The position numbers and the translations under genes are program-made. The notes under the pieces are model-generated. The model searched no databases. It saw only the letters and a list, made by a program, of their open reading frames with translations, and was not told the DNA's origin. DNA of 63,607 bases, filler included, from Phoronis australis (Eukaryota > Animalia > Phoronida): the NCBI GenBank assembly GCA_002633005.1. It is 7 parts of 7 records of this genome, joined end to end, with 100 filler letters (N's around TTAATTAATTAA, not from the genome) between each part and the next. Parts side by side here need not be neighbours in the genome. Positions count along the whole stretch, not along the records: positions 1 to 15,698 come from NMRA01001525.1; positions 15,799 to 22,926 come from NMRA01000285.1; positions 23,027 to 29,221 come from NMRA01002204.1; 4 more parts are not named here. One strand, given 5' to 3'. Within the stretch, counting starts at the first letter, position 1; every line of letters starts with the position of its first letter. Below, in pieces: positions 10,746-23,838 of this stretch.

Positions 10746-12794
10746 CAAAAGTAGACAGTCAAAATGCCCCAGAAATCCCTGGCGTGTTGACTGGGAAGAA
10801 GACGAAATCCATGTCAGACTAACCTTCTCTCATGACCAAGAATGAAGTGGAATTAACACTGGAAAGTTACTACAGTAAGATGGAAAGGAGTTTTACTGCT
10901 CTGATGCTATTACTTATTGTCACGGCCCGGAAATGGTATTTTGTCAATATTATTGTCAGGTGCTGTATCATGGTTTTTGCATTTTGTCATGGACACAACG
11001 CCAGCAAATAATTACAACACGTAATGCAGCAAATGATAACGATATAATGAACACTATAATTGAACACAATAGAAGACGTGAGACGAGTTCCGGTGTACGC
11101 TAGCAATAATAAATTAAGTAACAAACAACTGGCCCAAGGACAAACGTCTTATTTTATGTCAGAATGAGCATGCCATGTGCGCATACCATATTTTGTTGAA
11201 ATTGAAAAATGGAAAAAGCTTTGCAGGCCAAAAAAAATTCTTTGCCATTTTTCCACTGCAATTTGTGAAAAATTGGCCGCCATGTCATTCAACAGAAAGT
11301 GATAATAGACTTTCCATAGCTGACAGCTGATGGATTTTAAATACTTGCAAAGTTGCTCAGTTTGTCTTTTTGTAAGAGGAGCTCGACTTAAGGAAGATAA
11401 AATAATTCCTATAATCGGTAAAATGAATGCACACATTCAAAACCAGCAAAAAAGAATGCGCTTACTCCGGAAAATGAAAGTTAATTTGGGAAGCAAATGC
11501 CTTGAAATTTTTGTATCCCTTTACTCTTGCAACTAAAAATGCAGTCACAGCATCAACAACATGGTTGAGAACAAGATTAGACCAATATAATAGACAACAA
11601 GGTCACACAGTTGGGTTATTTTTATATCTCATCCTCAGCTGCAATCATTTATTAATATAACCTAATATTTCTAACAGAGTCCAGGGCTTGTAATAGAAGC
11701 CAGCCTCAAACTGAAGACAACAACGCAAAGGGTCTTTTAAAAGGACACTTAGACTTCACGACAATTCTTCTCAAAGCAATCACCGCCTATTAGAAGACAG
11801 GGTTTATGCAAGAAGAGAAAATTAATTGTTATTTCCAAGCACTCCCATTAGAGGGAAACCATAACAAAAAACAATTAATAGAAATAACATAGAGTTGACC
11901 CATTTTCTGTCTGACTTAACACTCCATGGACTTCATGACCTACATCATCAAGTTAACTCTTACCAAATAGAGAAAAATTAAGGAATAATTTCCCACTGAA
12001 GCTATTCTTGCCCCTTAAACTGGGTATTTGTTACCAGTTTTCCTTGTTATCCCGTTATTGAATGTGGAATCTTTGACAACTGGGAATATCTTCAAACAGA
12101 AAGTTCCTTGCTGGTCAATATCTTTCAGTTTTAAAGATGCCTCACTTTTAAAAGTAACTTCTTAGCCATTGTCCACTCACTGCTGATTAGTTTGGATTTA
12201 AATCTCAAAAGGCAACAAACCAGCTTCAACAAGTTAGTCAGATATTTGTAAATCAAGGTTTCTTGGAGTCTGCCTTCCCCTCAATGCACTCGTCACTAAC
12301 TTCCTTCACTTTCTCATGAATACATTTCAACTTAAAGTTTCCGAATGACCCTGTAAAGAAAAAAACGGGGCTCTTTTCGGATATTTCTGCGTGTCTGGAC
12401 AAAACATCATTCCTTAAAGGATCATGATCACTTGAAGCGGAAGCACGACAATACTTCAGTTGAAATAGACAGTAACCAATTTCCTGATTAAACAGATCCT
12501 TCAAGACACATATACAATAACAGCCCATGGCACAATGAGGTTCTTGAGGGTGGCAATCCTGATTTCTAAAAGGAGCCGCACCAATTGTTCCGAAGTCTCT
12601 ATGTGGGAGCTCTTTTTGGATGCAAAGCCACTTCAGTAAAATCCTCAGTGCAGACAGGCAGCATGGGTGAAAGCCAAAAGTCTTTCCCAGAACAGACAAG
12701 ACAGTATCAGATGAATATGTCCCACACCACCTCGAAACTTTGTAATCAATTTGCCAGGGATGGATATAATTCCCTTTGAAACCATTAAAGAATT

Positions 12795-12995
12795 ATGTGG
12801 TTGCAGAAGGACCAATTACACAGCAATCAATGAACTCTGTAGATCATGTGGTTGCAGGAGGGCTGACTGAATGTACAGCCATGAAAAAAACTGTCTGCAT
12901 ATCAAGTAGTTAGAGGGGAGCTGTTTGTATAGCGATCAATAAACTCTGTAGATCACAGGGTTACAGGGGTACTGAATATCTATACAGCCACCAAT
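12795..12995 (+). repeat. degenerate tandem repeat, ~55-bp unit
   Basis: Recurrent ATGTGGTTGCAG.AGG...CAGC.ATCAAT.AACTCTGTAGATCA units. Confidence 0.55.
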
Positions 12996-15295
12996 CAACT
13001 AAAGCAAAAGTCATGCTTCTTGGTTAGCTGACTATGGAGGCAGTTTTCAACTTTATTTCATAGTCTGGAGTGTTGAGTATGACACCTGAGCTTAATTTAG
13101 CGATTAACTGTGATTAACAGGGCAATACTTATAATGCAGTTTGTCAAAAATCTGCATTTATCATATTGCACTGTGCCTGGACACATGTACTGGTAGCTTT
13201 GGCCTGATCCACACGATGTGGGAATATATGATGGTTCTTAAATCTCATAATTTCTATTTGCTCGAGTGGCATGTGATGTAGGTATATGGAGATATCGCTC
13301 TGAAACAAAACACAGTCAAAGATAACTCACTACCTTATATTAAACATTTATGGTAAACACACCAGAGAACAACCCACAGACGTGCCTTATACCAGATTAA
13401 AATAAATTCATGTTCCAGGTAAGCCATGTCTCCAGTGGACCTCCAACTGAGAAGCCCATCCAATACAAATAAGATACATGTTGGGGTCATGCATGTCTTT
13501 TAATCCAAATATTTAGCAACCTGTTATGTAAATGTGATAAGACAGCTGTGGTATTTTATCAGCTCTAGGACTCATATGAAGTTTGTATCAAAACAGTCTG
13601 TATAAATTTCTCAACAGACTATTCATCAATGTGAACTTCCATGTTAGTTTGTAGAATATCTTCCACGCCGTGTCAATTGTGCCGTGTCAGTTGCGACATG
13701 CGAATTGCGCTAAGTCAAAAGTTAATATCTAAACCGAACTTTTTTTCAAAAACGTTGGAGAAACAATGTCCAGGAGGCTCATAATTTATCATTAAACATA
13801 GAAGCCAAAATGTCCTTTTAATTTTCCATGGTCTTTTAAAATTATTGGGATTAACCAAACGTTTAGTCTGATGGCAGCTATAGTTCACAACTTGAGTGTA
13901 AAGCACTAGGTGCAACAGACCTTTTATCGCAAAATGACAAAATGAAAATTTCACTTGCGTTTATACAGACGATATTTAGACAGTATGAAAAGGGTAAATT
14001 TTGGGAACTATTTTTTCCGAATTTGGTGAAATTTTAAAGAAGGTCTGCCCATTCGCCTATGACTACAGTATGTGCGTATGACTACAGTATGTGAAAAACA
14101 CTTGAGTCAATTGATGGAGTAGAATTTCCAAATATCACCTCCCAGTGAAGTCTTACTTACTAGATAACAAAGGGTTTATCTTGCTGTGAATTCAATTTTA
14201 AAGGCAATAAATAATAAAATAAAAAGTTCTTAATTTAAACAAGATGCACAAAACACCCTAATTATTCACAAACACATGCACAAGCTATAAAATTAATGCA
14301 CACACATATAAGTGAAGACCAGCAGGACATGCCTTTATGCAAAACCCTTAATAGGTAAAATTGTCTTTGAAAAATGCAGGGTTTTGATTATGGCGAATGC
14401 CCCAAAATACAAACACAGACTATATAATACACAGTAAAGTATCCTGAAAATTGAGTAAAAGTAAACACCAAAACAGTAATTTTCCATTTTTCAAAAGCTC
14501 ACTATAAATAGTCGAAATGCACAAAATCTTGTCATGTGTTGATGACAGATGTAATCTAAATTTTGCAAATAATGGAGTAAAGCAATCCTCTTGTTTATTC
14601 TGTGTTCTGATTTGAGTAAGCTTTAATGTAATCAGGAATTGCAATTTTACAAGAATAGTTCAAATTCTTTAAAAACAACTTTATGACACAGGCTTTATGA
14701 CTGAATGAAAACCTTTAATGCAAAAATTGCAATAAAACCAGTCTACAAATTGCTGTTTTATCAAACAATTGGCCATATAAAACATCCTCCTGGAAGTCAT
14801 TGAGCAGCCACTGTGATAAGTCTGGTCCAATGTACGCACACAATAACTTCCTGAATTTGGTTATCGCATAAATTTACAACATCGGCATCATTAAATCTGT
14901 GCTTGCTGTGAAAAACTGTTTTTATTTCGGTCATTTAAAACATTATGAAATTGGTCTCAAATTACATCTCAGTCAAAATAGACCCTGCGATTTATGAATT
15001 TGTAAAGAACTGATAGTTTGTCATTTCTTCAGGACAAACTCATAAAATTTCAGGTCACAGCGTGAGATCGCATCTAAACTAAATAAGGAACAAGACAAAA
15101 TCAAACTTATAGTAAATGGCTAAAATCAAAACTTGCATTTTGACAAAGAGCACCGGTTTAATGCCACTTTAAGCCAAAAAGCAGTCACAAGCTCCATGAC
15201 TACCACAGTATAACCATAGAAACATTGCATATCTATTTTTGTGGGGACCAGAAAATTAAATCATTTAAATAATCCACTACGCTATAAAGCAAAAA

Positions 15296-15402
15296 AAGAT
15301 GTCCAAACACAAGATGTCCAAAAACAAGATGTCCAAAAACAAGATGTCCAAAAACAAGATGTCCAAAAACAAGATGTTCAAAAACAAGATGTCCAAAAAC
15401 AA
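15296..15402 (+). repeat. 15-bp minisatellite (AAGATGTCCAAAAAC) x7
   Basis: Near-perfect tandem copies; explains the QDVQK and KMSKN ORFs. Confidence 0.95.
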
Positions 15403-15698
15403 CCATACTACATCTTACAGTGGCTATAAACCTGCATACTCTCCAAGAACTAAACTTTTGATTTATACAACTTACTCCTATGACATTAGTCTCATCTTGT
15501 TCCTTACGTAAGATGAAAAATAATATCTTTAACTTTCAAAGAACTCTTGTTTGACAATTCGTTATTCGGTAAGACAAGACAAAACTAGGTGCATAAATTG
15601 ACTTGTCCTGACAAGCTAACTTGTACAGGTGTATTCCACAGTATTGGTTTTGTTACAGATGTGACATTCAGACACTTTAAATTCCAATATAAAATTAG

Positions 15699-15798
15699 NN
15701 NNNNNNNNNNNNNNNNNNNNNNNNNNNNNNNNNNNNNNNNNNTTAATTAATTAANNNNNNNNNNNNNNNNNNNNNNNNNNNNNNNNNNNNNNNNNNNN
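15699..15798. other. assembly gap linker N44-TTAATTAATTAA-N44 (also 22927-23026, 29222-29321, 31898-31997, 54759-54858, 62088-62187)
   Basis: Identical 100-nt construct six times; the linker places stop codons in all frames. Confidence 0.98.
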
Positions 15799-16510
15799 CA
15801 AGTTGGTTTACTTGGGGTTTACACACGCTGGCGGTGCCGTTTTTGTTTTGCTGGAGACGCTTTTGTTTTTTTTTTTAATTTTTGGGTCCTGGCCCGAGGG
15901 GAGGTTTAAACCCCCTGAACCCCCCCGTAGATCCGCCACTGGTACTCGGTTGCAAATCTGTGGGATAGGTGGATCGGCTGTTTGGACAACATTTTTGTGG
16001 ATGCTGACATTACGAGTCTTGGGGCAAGAGTCTAATATCAAAACTTGAAATTAAATGTTTTTCACATTTTCTGCGCTATTTCTGTGCAAACTCATGATCA
16101 AGATCATGTAGTATAGCACTGAATAGTAGTCACTATAAGTTTGCATAAAAGTGAAATGGAAAATGACAAAAATAATTTTGAATTTGATTTTAAGTACATG
16201 ATTAGACCTCGGGCCAAAACGTAAAAGGATGTTCTTGGTACGTTATGGAGGCGCAGATCTGCATGACTTGTTTGAGACATTGTGCGATACAGGAACTAAT
16301 TTCACGAGAGCTAAAACTGCATTTAACAACATACCTTAAACCGCAGAGTCCTGAGTTTGAAATGTACGTACCACTTCTGTTAGAGCAAACAAGAAAGATC
16401 CATTGACGAGTTTCACACCAAATTGAGACAGCAGACTGTCAACTGTGACTTTCATCACAATGTAGATAGAAAAATAGTCACCATAGTTGCTCTTCACAGC
16501 GTTTACACCG

Positions 16511-16725
16511 CATGCGCGCACCCAGCCTAAAAAATGGGGGCTCGAATTTTTGTGTACCTTTTACTAACTTAAAGATTCACAAGGTACGTTCAGAGCTATG
16601 AATTGTTTATTCGCCGATATTTGGTAGTTCCTGCCTTTTTAGTGGACTTTTGTCTCCTTTTTCTACTTTTTCAGAGTTTTTCTTCATCTGAGGCCGACGT
16701 TTTTGCCCACGTCGCCCATGCACCG
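16511..16725 (+). mobile_element. ~220-bp MITE-like interspersed repeat (other copies ~45882-46112 and, inverted, ~56752-56975)
   Basis: Shared GCA(C/T)CCAG.C.AAAA...TCGAATTT..G.ACCTTT.ACT and GAGGC.GAC.TTTTTGCCCAC.TCG blocks in three places. Confidence 0.7.
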
Positions 16726-18940
16726 CAAACCCTACAAAACACCGTTACCTTACAGGATCTGTTGAATGAGACCCGAGCTTTGGAAGTCGGTGAATGTCAG
16801 GCATTAGGCATTGATCACTGGACAGTGTGTTGCCTTTAAACGAAGACCAGTTGGCCTTTTGTGCTCACACATTCGGCCAAGTCAGAATCAATTCGAGACA
16901 AGAAATGCTTCAAATGTAGTGGTGATTGGCCTCACTCTCATTTTACTGCTTGATATACCAAGCGCTAAGCAGTTAAGGCAAGTCACCCCCATGCCATCAA
17001 AGCTGCGGACCATGATTTAGATTCTGGCAGCAATGCGTAGTGTTTTGGTATCAAAATGGTGTCTGCTACGGGAAACACGACAGGCCGAAATTAATTGGTA
17101 TTAACAGCAAACGGTTACTTTCTGGCCCTTTGGGTAAATTTTAATATTGTTAGTTTGGAAGCTGCCCATTGGTTGAATGTATGCATACAATCACGTACTC
17201 GGATATTTTTGTATGGGTCAAATACAATAGCTACAGAGCATCGACTTATCGTTTGCATGCATTTGACAATTGAACAATGTTCAATTTTTTTCCACACAAT
17301 AGCATCCATAAAACACACCATGTCATATCATAAGAATCACAGTGACTTGGATTAACACAAATGTTAAATTCGCCAAAAGTGTATTAAATACATGCATTCA
17401 CTAGGTAACCACTCAAATGGAATTCTTGCCCACCAACTTCCAGTGTTAGCGAACGCTGTTCTCACTCAACATACAGGTGAGCACATCCTTCATTATGACC
17501 GTTCTGTTACAAGAAATTACGGTTTTCACAGAACAAAAATAGGCATTTCCCAGTGTTTTGCAGCATGTAGTTTTGAATGGGTGGGTGTTGTTCCCTATCA
17601 AGGGCACAACTACGCATCCAGATAAATTTCTTGAAGTGAAAATAAATCTAGTACTTTTTCTGATACAAAAAATGCAATGCGTGTCTGCTTCTGCATTTTT
17701 GAGTCATTTGATGCAATTATGTTAAAAAAAAAACAGATACAATGCCTCTTGGCACTTTCTGGGTCTGTATATTTATTATACTGACTATTCCATAATAAAT
17801 AATTAAAAAATGGTAAAAAGACCTGGCAACTCAAATAAATACCAGCAGTTCTATTTCTTTCTTATCGTCCTGTATTTTCCAGTGATGTAGGTATTACCAG
17901 ATGCACAACTCATATTTTTGTGCTAATGTAAGGATCCGCAGTTTCACACAGCCGAACAGAATGATTGAAATAGACACCAATTTTCGAAGGTGGGGTCCAC
18001 TCCACCCTAGTGTTTGGAAGTGTAGTGGGCACTTGAAAAATACTCAAATAGATTTGGTCATCCAAAATTTGATGACAGAAATCAAAATGGATTCACAGCT
18101 GCCACTGCCACAAACTGTAACGGAATATTCCAGAAAATAGAACATTGGCAAATGTTGGTAACAAGCGATCAAAATGAAAACTTAGTTGAATTATACTTGG
18201 GCAGACACAAATGGCCATGAATTTTTCGAATTTCCTTTCATTTCAACAATGTTCAAATTTTGACTCCTTCACTTTTTCAATAAATTTATCCAAACATCAT
18301 TAGTCCCTTTATTCTCTAACGCTAGTTGAAAAATCCTACAATTTCCCTATAACCTCAACATAATTTTTCTACTATGTATGCGCGTATTTGGAAGGAAACA
18401 ACACCTTGTCTAGCCCAAGAGATATGATAAGTTAACTCAATTTTCAATTTGCTCACTGGGTACACATGATGTCCTCTCAATCTAAAGGGGGGAGGGAATG
18501 AAAATGATCTGGAAAAGTAACTTGGACAAATGCTCATGAGAAACAAATGAGACATAAAATGTTTATTATCTGAATTCAACATTCAGCCATCATGCAGCAG
18601 TTGTGGTTGTAACATTTTACAATTCAGTCAATGACTAAAATTTTTGAAAACCATCATAATTATTAACACTGTTTCATCTTACATGCTGATCTCAGGGCAT
18701 AATGGTGAAAGATTGTCCTCTTGTTGGATAATTCTTCTTTGAAAAAAATGCATTACTCCCACTGAACCTGACCTACATCTTTTAGGCAACGTTAGCATCA
18801 GCCCAAGGTCACGTCTTAGGTTCACAACTCCATCTTATGTGCACTGATGTGAAAGTTTTACACTAACGAAACTGCATAATATTTGTTGGTCAACAGTAGT
18901 CTATGTGCAACATGTATAAAAAAAACACCTCCTGGGGGCA

Positions 18941-19125
18941 TCACCTGTCCTTTCTTCTTCGTTTAGCAGAACTAGGTGTGTCTTTGTCAACAATGGGAGT
19001 CTGTAACTGTTGGGCCTCGGTGAGACGTGTTCGTTTACGACTTGCTTTCGGCGATGTTTCTGGCGTCTCAGACCCACTACTGGCGGATGTGATACCTGTT
19101 AGTTTTATCGTTGTCTTGAGAGATT
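18941..19125 (-). CDS. MRGBP: MRG-binding protein, terminal exon (..SGSETPETSPKASRKRTR...TPSSAKRRRKDR*)
   Basis: TTTTCAG acceptor in phase 1 with the previous exon (in-frame alternative acceptor at 19095); C-terminal P.SAKRRR motif; TGA at 18941-18943. Confidence 0.8.
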
Positions 19126-19917
19126 CTGAAAATTTCAAAACAAGCATAAGAAATTACACACACATTTACCATACAAAAATACTTGTTAATTTAAATTAGA
19201 AGTACGACATAAATCTAACACATTCAGCATCTACTTTCTATCAATGATGAACAAGAGTATTATGTTATACTAATAAATTTGGACTGTTTTTGATGACTAC
19301 CATCAAGTTACTTCATTGGTGTAACCCAATTGATGACCATAGCCTTACAAGGCAATTTCGGCCATTAATATATTGAACAGAAGCATGAAAACATGGTGAA
19401 CAAGAGGATCAAGTCTAATGGAACTGAAACTGGACTAGATTAGAACCTATCCAGGGTTTATATTCTTCTTGAGACTTCAGAAACTTAATTAAATAATTCA
19501 ACTGGAGATAAATACGTTATTTACACTGTTGAAGCAAGGTCTATCCAATAGTTTAGACATTCTGCTGGCATTTAGGATTTTATAATAACTTTCCCCAGGT
19601 TGCCCCTCATTACTAAACAAACTTGAGGTTCTAACCACAAAGGATTGAATTAAATTCTACTGTGTTTAGTCCTTTTTGGAAACCCAAAGTAGAAACATTT
19701 CAGGCAAGCTAATGTAGACAGGTCAACCTCAAACATAATATTGTTTAACAGCTCCAGTTACTGTGTGAATTCCACACATATTTATTATAGTTGAGCTCTA
19801 AATATTTTTACCAATAGAGAAGTTGCACATTTTTTCCTGCTGTCGGGGGCTTTTAGAGCTTTAAACGCAAAGAGTTAACATCACTTACTGATGTTGATCT
19901 CAGCCAAATGCATTTAA

Positions 19918-20251
19918 AAGGATACTAAACCCATATTTTGGTGATTTTGCCCAGAACTGCAACCATCACTGCTATTTTATAATTAGTATTAATTAGAAAG
20001 ATGAAAGCGTTTTTCGTCTAAATCTCTATCCTCAGTGTCGCAAAATGGATTGAGTAGGTCCAGTCGCACGGCCTTTTCCCACTGATTGTCCATCAACTCA
20101 CCAGAAGTGTGAGTCACACTTTCCAATTAACAGATTTTGTAAGGAATTACCAAATTTGAATCAAATGTTTAAGGTATACAGAGCATTTATCACTAAATGC
20201 AAAGTTGGCATTAATACCTGTCAATAGTCGAAATTTGGGTTTAGTATCCCT
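19918..20251. mobile_element. Kolobok-type MITE
   Basis: TIR A(A/G)GGATACTAAACCCA, TTAA on both flanks, purine-purine 5' ends. Confidence 0.8.
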
Positions 20252-20878
20252 TTAAGCACTCATAACCACAGTAGGAACAGTCAATAGAGTTGAAGACATG
20301 AATATCCAATCATTTTCATCTCGTAACTATTGCCATATTCAATTAAAGCAGCTAAATGCCCACCTGGCACTATAAAAATAACTTTTGGTTTAAACCACTT
20401 CCTGTTATTAAATTGGTGTCATATTGTTCGTTAGTCAAAATGTGAGTTCAGAGCTTCGAAAAAAATGATAACTTGTAATTGATTGAGACCTGACTCTCCG
20501 CGTTGACTTTTTACAGTGTAAAATGACTGAAACATAAGGCACTATTGGTTTTACAAAGTTCAGTAAACTTTAGCCCACTGGTAAAATCTCACCCATTTCG
20601 GACGAAAAGAATTCCCAAAATATCACATTCCTCAGTTGCCAAGGACTTCAGACACTGTAACAGTTGCAAATGATCCAATCTTTTCAAAATATTGCCTCAT
20701 GGTAGCAATAGTTCACAACTAGAATATGGCAAATCATCATTTTGCCATTATCATCATTTAAATAAAAAATGAGATAATGAAGTTTAACCTGTCCGTCGTA
20801 GTGTTTTCTAAACTGGTGAGATTTTACTGTGTCTCCAGCAGTCAAGCCATGGACTTCCCAACTGCTTCCACTACTTAC

Positions 20879-21011
20879 TCTCATCTGTAGAGGATATAAC
20901 TGCCTCTTTTATCATTCTTGGATATTCTTTCTTCATGAGTTCCTTATAGTCTTCCTCTGGTAACTCAAACGTCTTTTCTTTGTTGGGGAATGGCAACACT
21001 TCCGATTCATT
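20879..21011 (-). CDS. MRGBP: MRG-binding protein exon, 133 nt (NESEVLPFPNKEKTFELPEEDYKELMKKEYPRMIKEAVISSTDE)
   Basis: CAG/GTAAGT splice sites; matches MRGBP HESEILPFPN.E..F.LPEE. Confidence 0.92.
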
Positions 21012-22424
21012 CTGAAGAACAAAAATTAATATAGTAATTTGAGGATTATGCTGAAGGCAGCACACATTATGCATACAAATTTCATACTGCATTTCGCCCT
21101 GTTTCGTCACTTTAAACACAAAACACATTTTGATCTCTAACAAGAAGAGTTTCAGTGTTTAAAACATTACTGGGTAATGGTCTGATATAACGTGCCTGAA
21201 TTTTGAGAACCGGTTTTCCCCACTAAATAACGGGCATCAAACTGGTTCTCAAAATGCAGGCACGTTATAATATTAGACTGTTGCCCATTACTGTGTCCAA
21301 ACAATCCCAAATTGGTGTTGACTGAGCCGGTAAGTGAAGTTCTAAACATTGCACATAAGCCAGGACAACAGCATATCTGTCAAAGGATTTTGTGTCATTC
21401 AGCTCTGCGCCACCATAATCCTGTCATGTCAACAAAGCGTCACAACTCACCAGGGCACCTGTATATACATAGTAACATACCACACTACATATTAGGTCAA
21501 ATAAAAAGCGTTAGTTGGTTGTGGTCTGTGCTGTTCCAGAAAGACGAGTCAGTAGTGATGTATTTTTTCTTAGTTTCTCACTTTTTCAAAAACGAAAATT
21601 TACTCAAGATGATGAGAAATGACACAGGGTTTGCTTCTACTACACTTGGCAAATCAAAGAGTTTTAAATCTAACTTAATATGTTTTTGTGCAGCTTTTCA
21701 ATAAAAAAATACAAGACATTTCCTGAAAGTGACATGGGCGGGCACTTTTTTAGTTGATGACTGGAGGTCTCGAAATGAGACGAGAACATAGCAGAACCAA
21801 TTATCACGCTTATTTGGCATAACACAAAATTTAACTTAGGGTCACCAATAACGCATTCACACTTCATTAGCCATGGACAACCTGAGAACTTGGGGAACAC
21901 CATTTGGAAGTCCTATTGTTGAAATCTTGGGTAAATCCCAGCTGAGGTCATCACTCATACATGTACTCGCAGAAATGGTCAGTAATGTGTAGCGTGACTG
22001 ACCTATCTTTGAATGGAAATCTCTGCACACCGACTGCAGTGGTGGTTGTCTGGGAACGATGTCACAGAAAAAGCTAACAGCTTCTATCATAGAAAATGTT
22101 ACAAGTCAGTTGGCGCGCAAGTCTAAAATGTTTCTTTCAATTTTATAACGACTGAAACCATAATTTTTGGATCATACTTTCGAGTGTTTGGTAGTATCTT
22201 TTTAAAGCAGATCTACACCACATTCTGTTTAAGAAGCAAACTACGTGCACTTTCAAACCCCTGGAATTCCTTCCAACTTGACTAAGTAACAATTGGACAT
22301 CAATTTCAATCATTTATGGTGTCAGAGTGATCTGAATCAATATTTGGTTTTGTGATGGGAAGCAAGTTTATTGTTGCCGCACTTCATGCCAAATGTAGTA
22401 TATTAACATTGACTTAGTACTTAC

Positions 22425-22546
22425 CAAGGCCTCTAAGTTGTACATCTGACTTAAGTGTTCCCATATTTGATTTGTAGTCAGGTTCTTCTGTGTGGCGTTA
22501 TTAATTCTTTCTTGAATACAAAGGATTTGGAAGTGTCTGTGCACAC
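22425..22546 (-). CDS. MRGBP: MRG-binding protein Eaf7-domain exon, 122 nt (GVHRHFQILCIQERINNATQKNLTTNQIWEHLSQMYNLEAL)
   Basis: TAG/GTAAGT splice sites; matches GV.RHF...CI...IW.HLS.MY...AL. Absent from the ORF track; exon 1 not found. Confidence 0.93.
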
Positions 22547-23059
22547 CTAAAAGTTAATGAGTAACAACAGTGATTAAATATTGGAGCTTGGGGTAAAATT
22601 TTAGCAATGGAAATTTCAAGTCATACTAGATGGCCTAAAACGTATGGGAATCAGGCTGATGACTAAAATCACACCCAACAATAGAAATCAGTGCACCGCA
22701 AATTTTTAGCTCAGGCTAGCTGGCTGGGAGGCAATTACATCACCCTGAATGCTCGCGGGCATACAGGGGCGATAGTACATCCCCACAAAAAGTTACGAAT
22801 TTCAAAATACAGGAAATAAAATCAAATGAAACATGCATATATGCAAATGGAGTTATAATCATCATACTATTATAAGTCTGGAGACGATAATTTGAATAAA
22901 TTGATGAAAATCTGTCGTGGTTTGCTNNNNNNNNNNNNNNNNNNNNNNNNNNNNNNNNNNNNNNNNNNNNTTAATTAATTAANNNNNNNNNNNNNNNNNN
23001 NNNNNNNNNNNNNNNNNNNNNNNNNNTTATCTCACTAGTGAGAGAACATTTTGGCGGGA

Positions 23060-23132
23060 AAACGAGGCTGGTTTCGAACCCGGACCTCAAGAGTTTCGGG
23101 TCGTTGACTTTACCACTACACCACTCAGCGGC
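23060..23132 (-). pseudogene. tRNA-derived sequence (SINE head or tRNA pseudogene)
   Basis: A box TGGTGTAGTGG and B box GGTTCGAAACC at tRNA spacing, but acceptor and anticodon stems pair poorly. Confidence 0.6.
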
Positions 23133-23673
23133 TGACGTCAGTGACCGTGAAATTAGAATACTTAAATGAGCACCCGCAATAATCCCATGTTCAACAAAGG
23201 GCATTGTCTGACATTTATACGCTATGAAAAATATGACGCATAATTTTCGTAAAAACGATATCTTAATTCAGTGAAATTTTCCTCTCACATTCTCTCACTT
23301 GTAAACCACAGATCTCCAATTTGAGTTCAGGTATCATGTCAACGGGATCCTTTGACTTGAGAATTATACTCAGTTGCCACTGATAACTTACTTTAGCAGA
23401 CGATAGCTTCCGGGTCGAAGCTTAGCATGATAAAATGTGTTTAAAGCTATAATTGGTAAACCCTAACTTATAAATTCACTTTATTTCTATTTTGTTTAAC
23501 TTTTCAATTGATTTTGAGTAAAAGCATTATTTGATAAAAATAGCTCGGCTTTTCTTAAAAGGTCACGACCTCCGACCTCGGGTCTCTGACATAGAAAGTA
23601 GTTACAAAGCTGAGGCGAGTTGAGAACGGTAAATCGATTCATTGCAATGTTTCTCGTTTAGTATGAGGTAAAA

Positions 23674-23838
23674 ATAGATTATTACATGTTCTCAGCCGTT
23701 ATACCCCTTATCTAGAGCCCTCGTGGATTTTGTAGAATTATAACCCTCGGGGCTAATGCCCCTCGGGCGATAATTCTCGAAAAATCCACTCGGGTTCTAG
23801 ATAACGAGGGATAACAACTTCGCCATGTAATAATCTAT
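23674..23838. repeat. 165-bp fold-back (long imperfect palindrome), MITE-like
   Basis: ATAGATTATTACATG...CATGTAATAATCTAT outer arms; inner arms TTATCTAGA.CCC...GTGGATTTT...AGAATTAT; short central loop. Confidence 0.8.

Noticed and set aside
11440-11490. Minus-strand FIFRSKRILFC resembling the V-ATPase a start FRSEEM.LC
   Set aside because: No upstream Met nearby, an in-frame stop follows, and there is no QFRD/donor; likely chance
15241-15511. QDVQK and KMSKN repeat ORFs
   Set aside because: Translation of a 15-bp minisatellite
15699-15798. Palindromic TTAATTAATTAA motif repeated six times between N runs
   Set aside because: Artificial scaffolding linker with fixed 44-N flanks, not biological
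13390-18150. Patches of protein-like translation on the minus strand (e.g. CILFVLDGLL, KLLCAYIGPDLSQWLL)
   Set aside because: Many stops and no recognisable family or consistent exon chain; cannot be distinguished from random sequence by eye
20593-20654. Possible stop-containing poison exon in an MRGBP intron
   Set aside because: AG/GT are present but the pyrimidine tract is weak and there is no other support
23060-23132. Functional tRNA gene
   Set aside because: A and B boxes are present but the cloverleaf stems are not intact; kept only as a tRNA-derived relic
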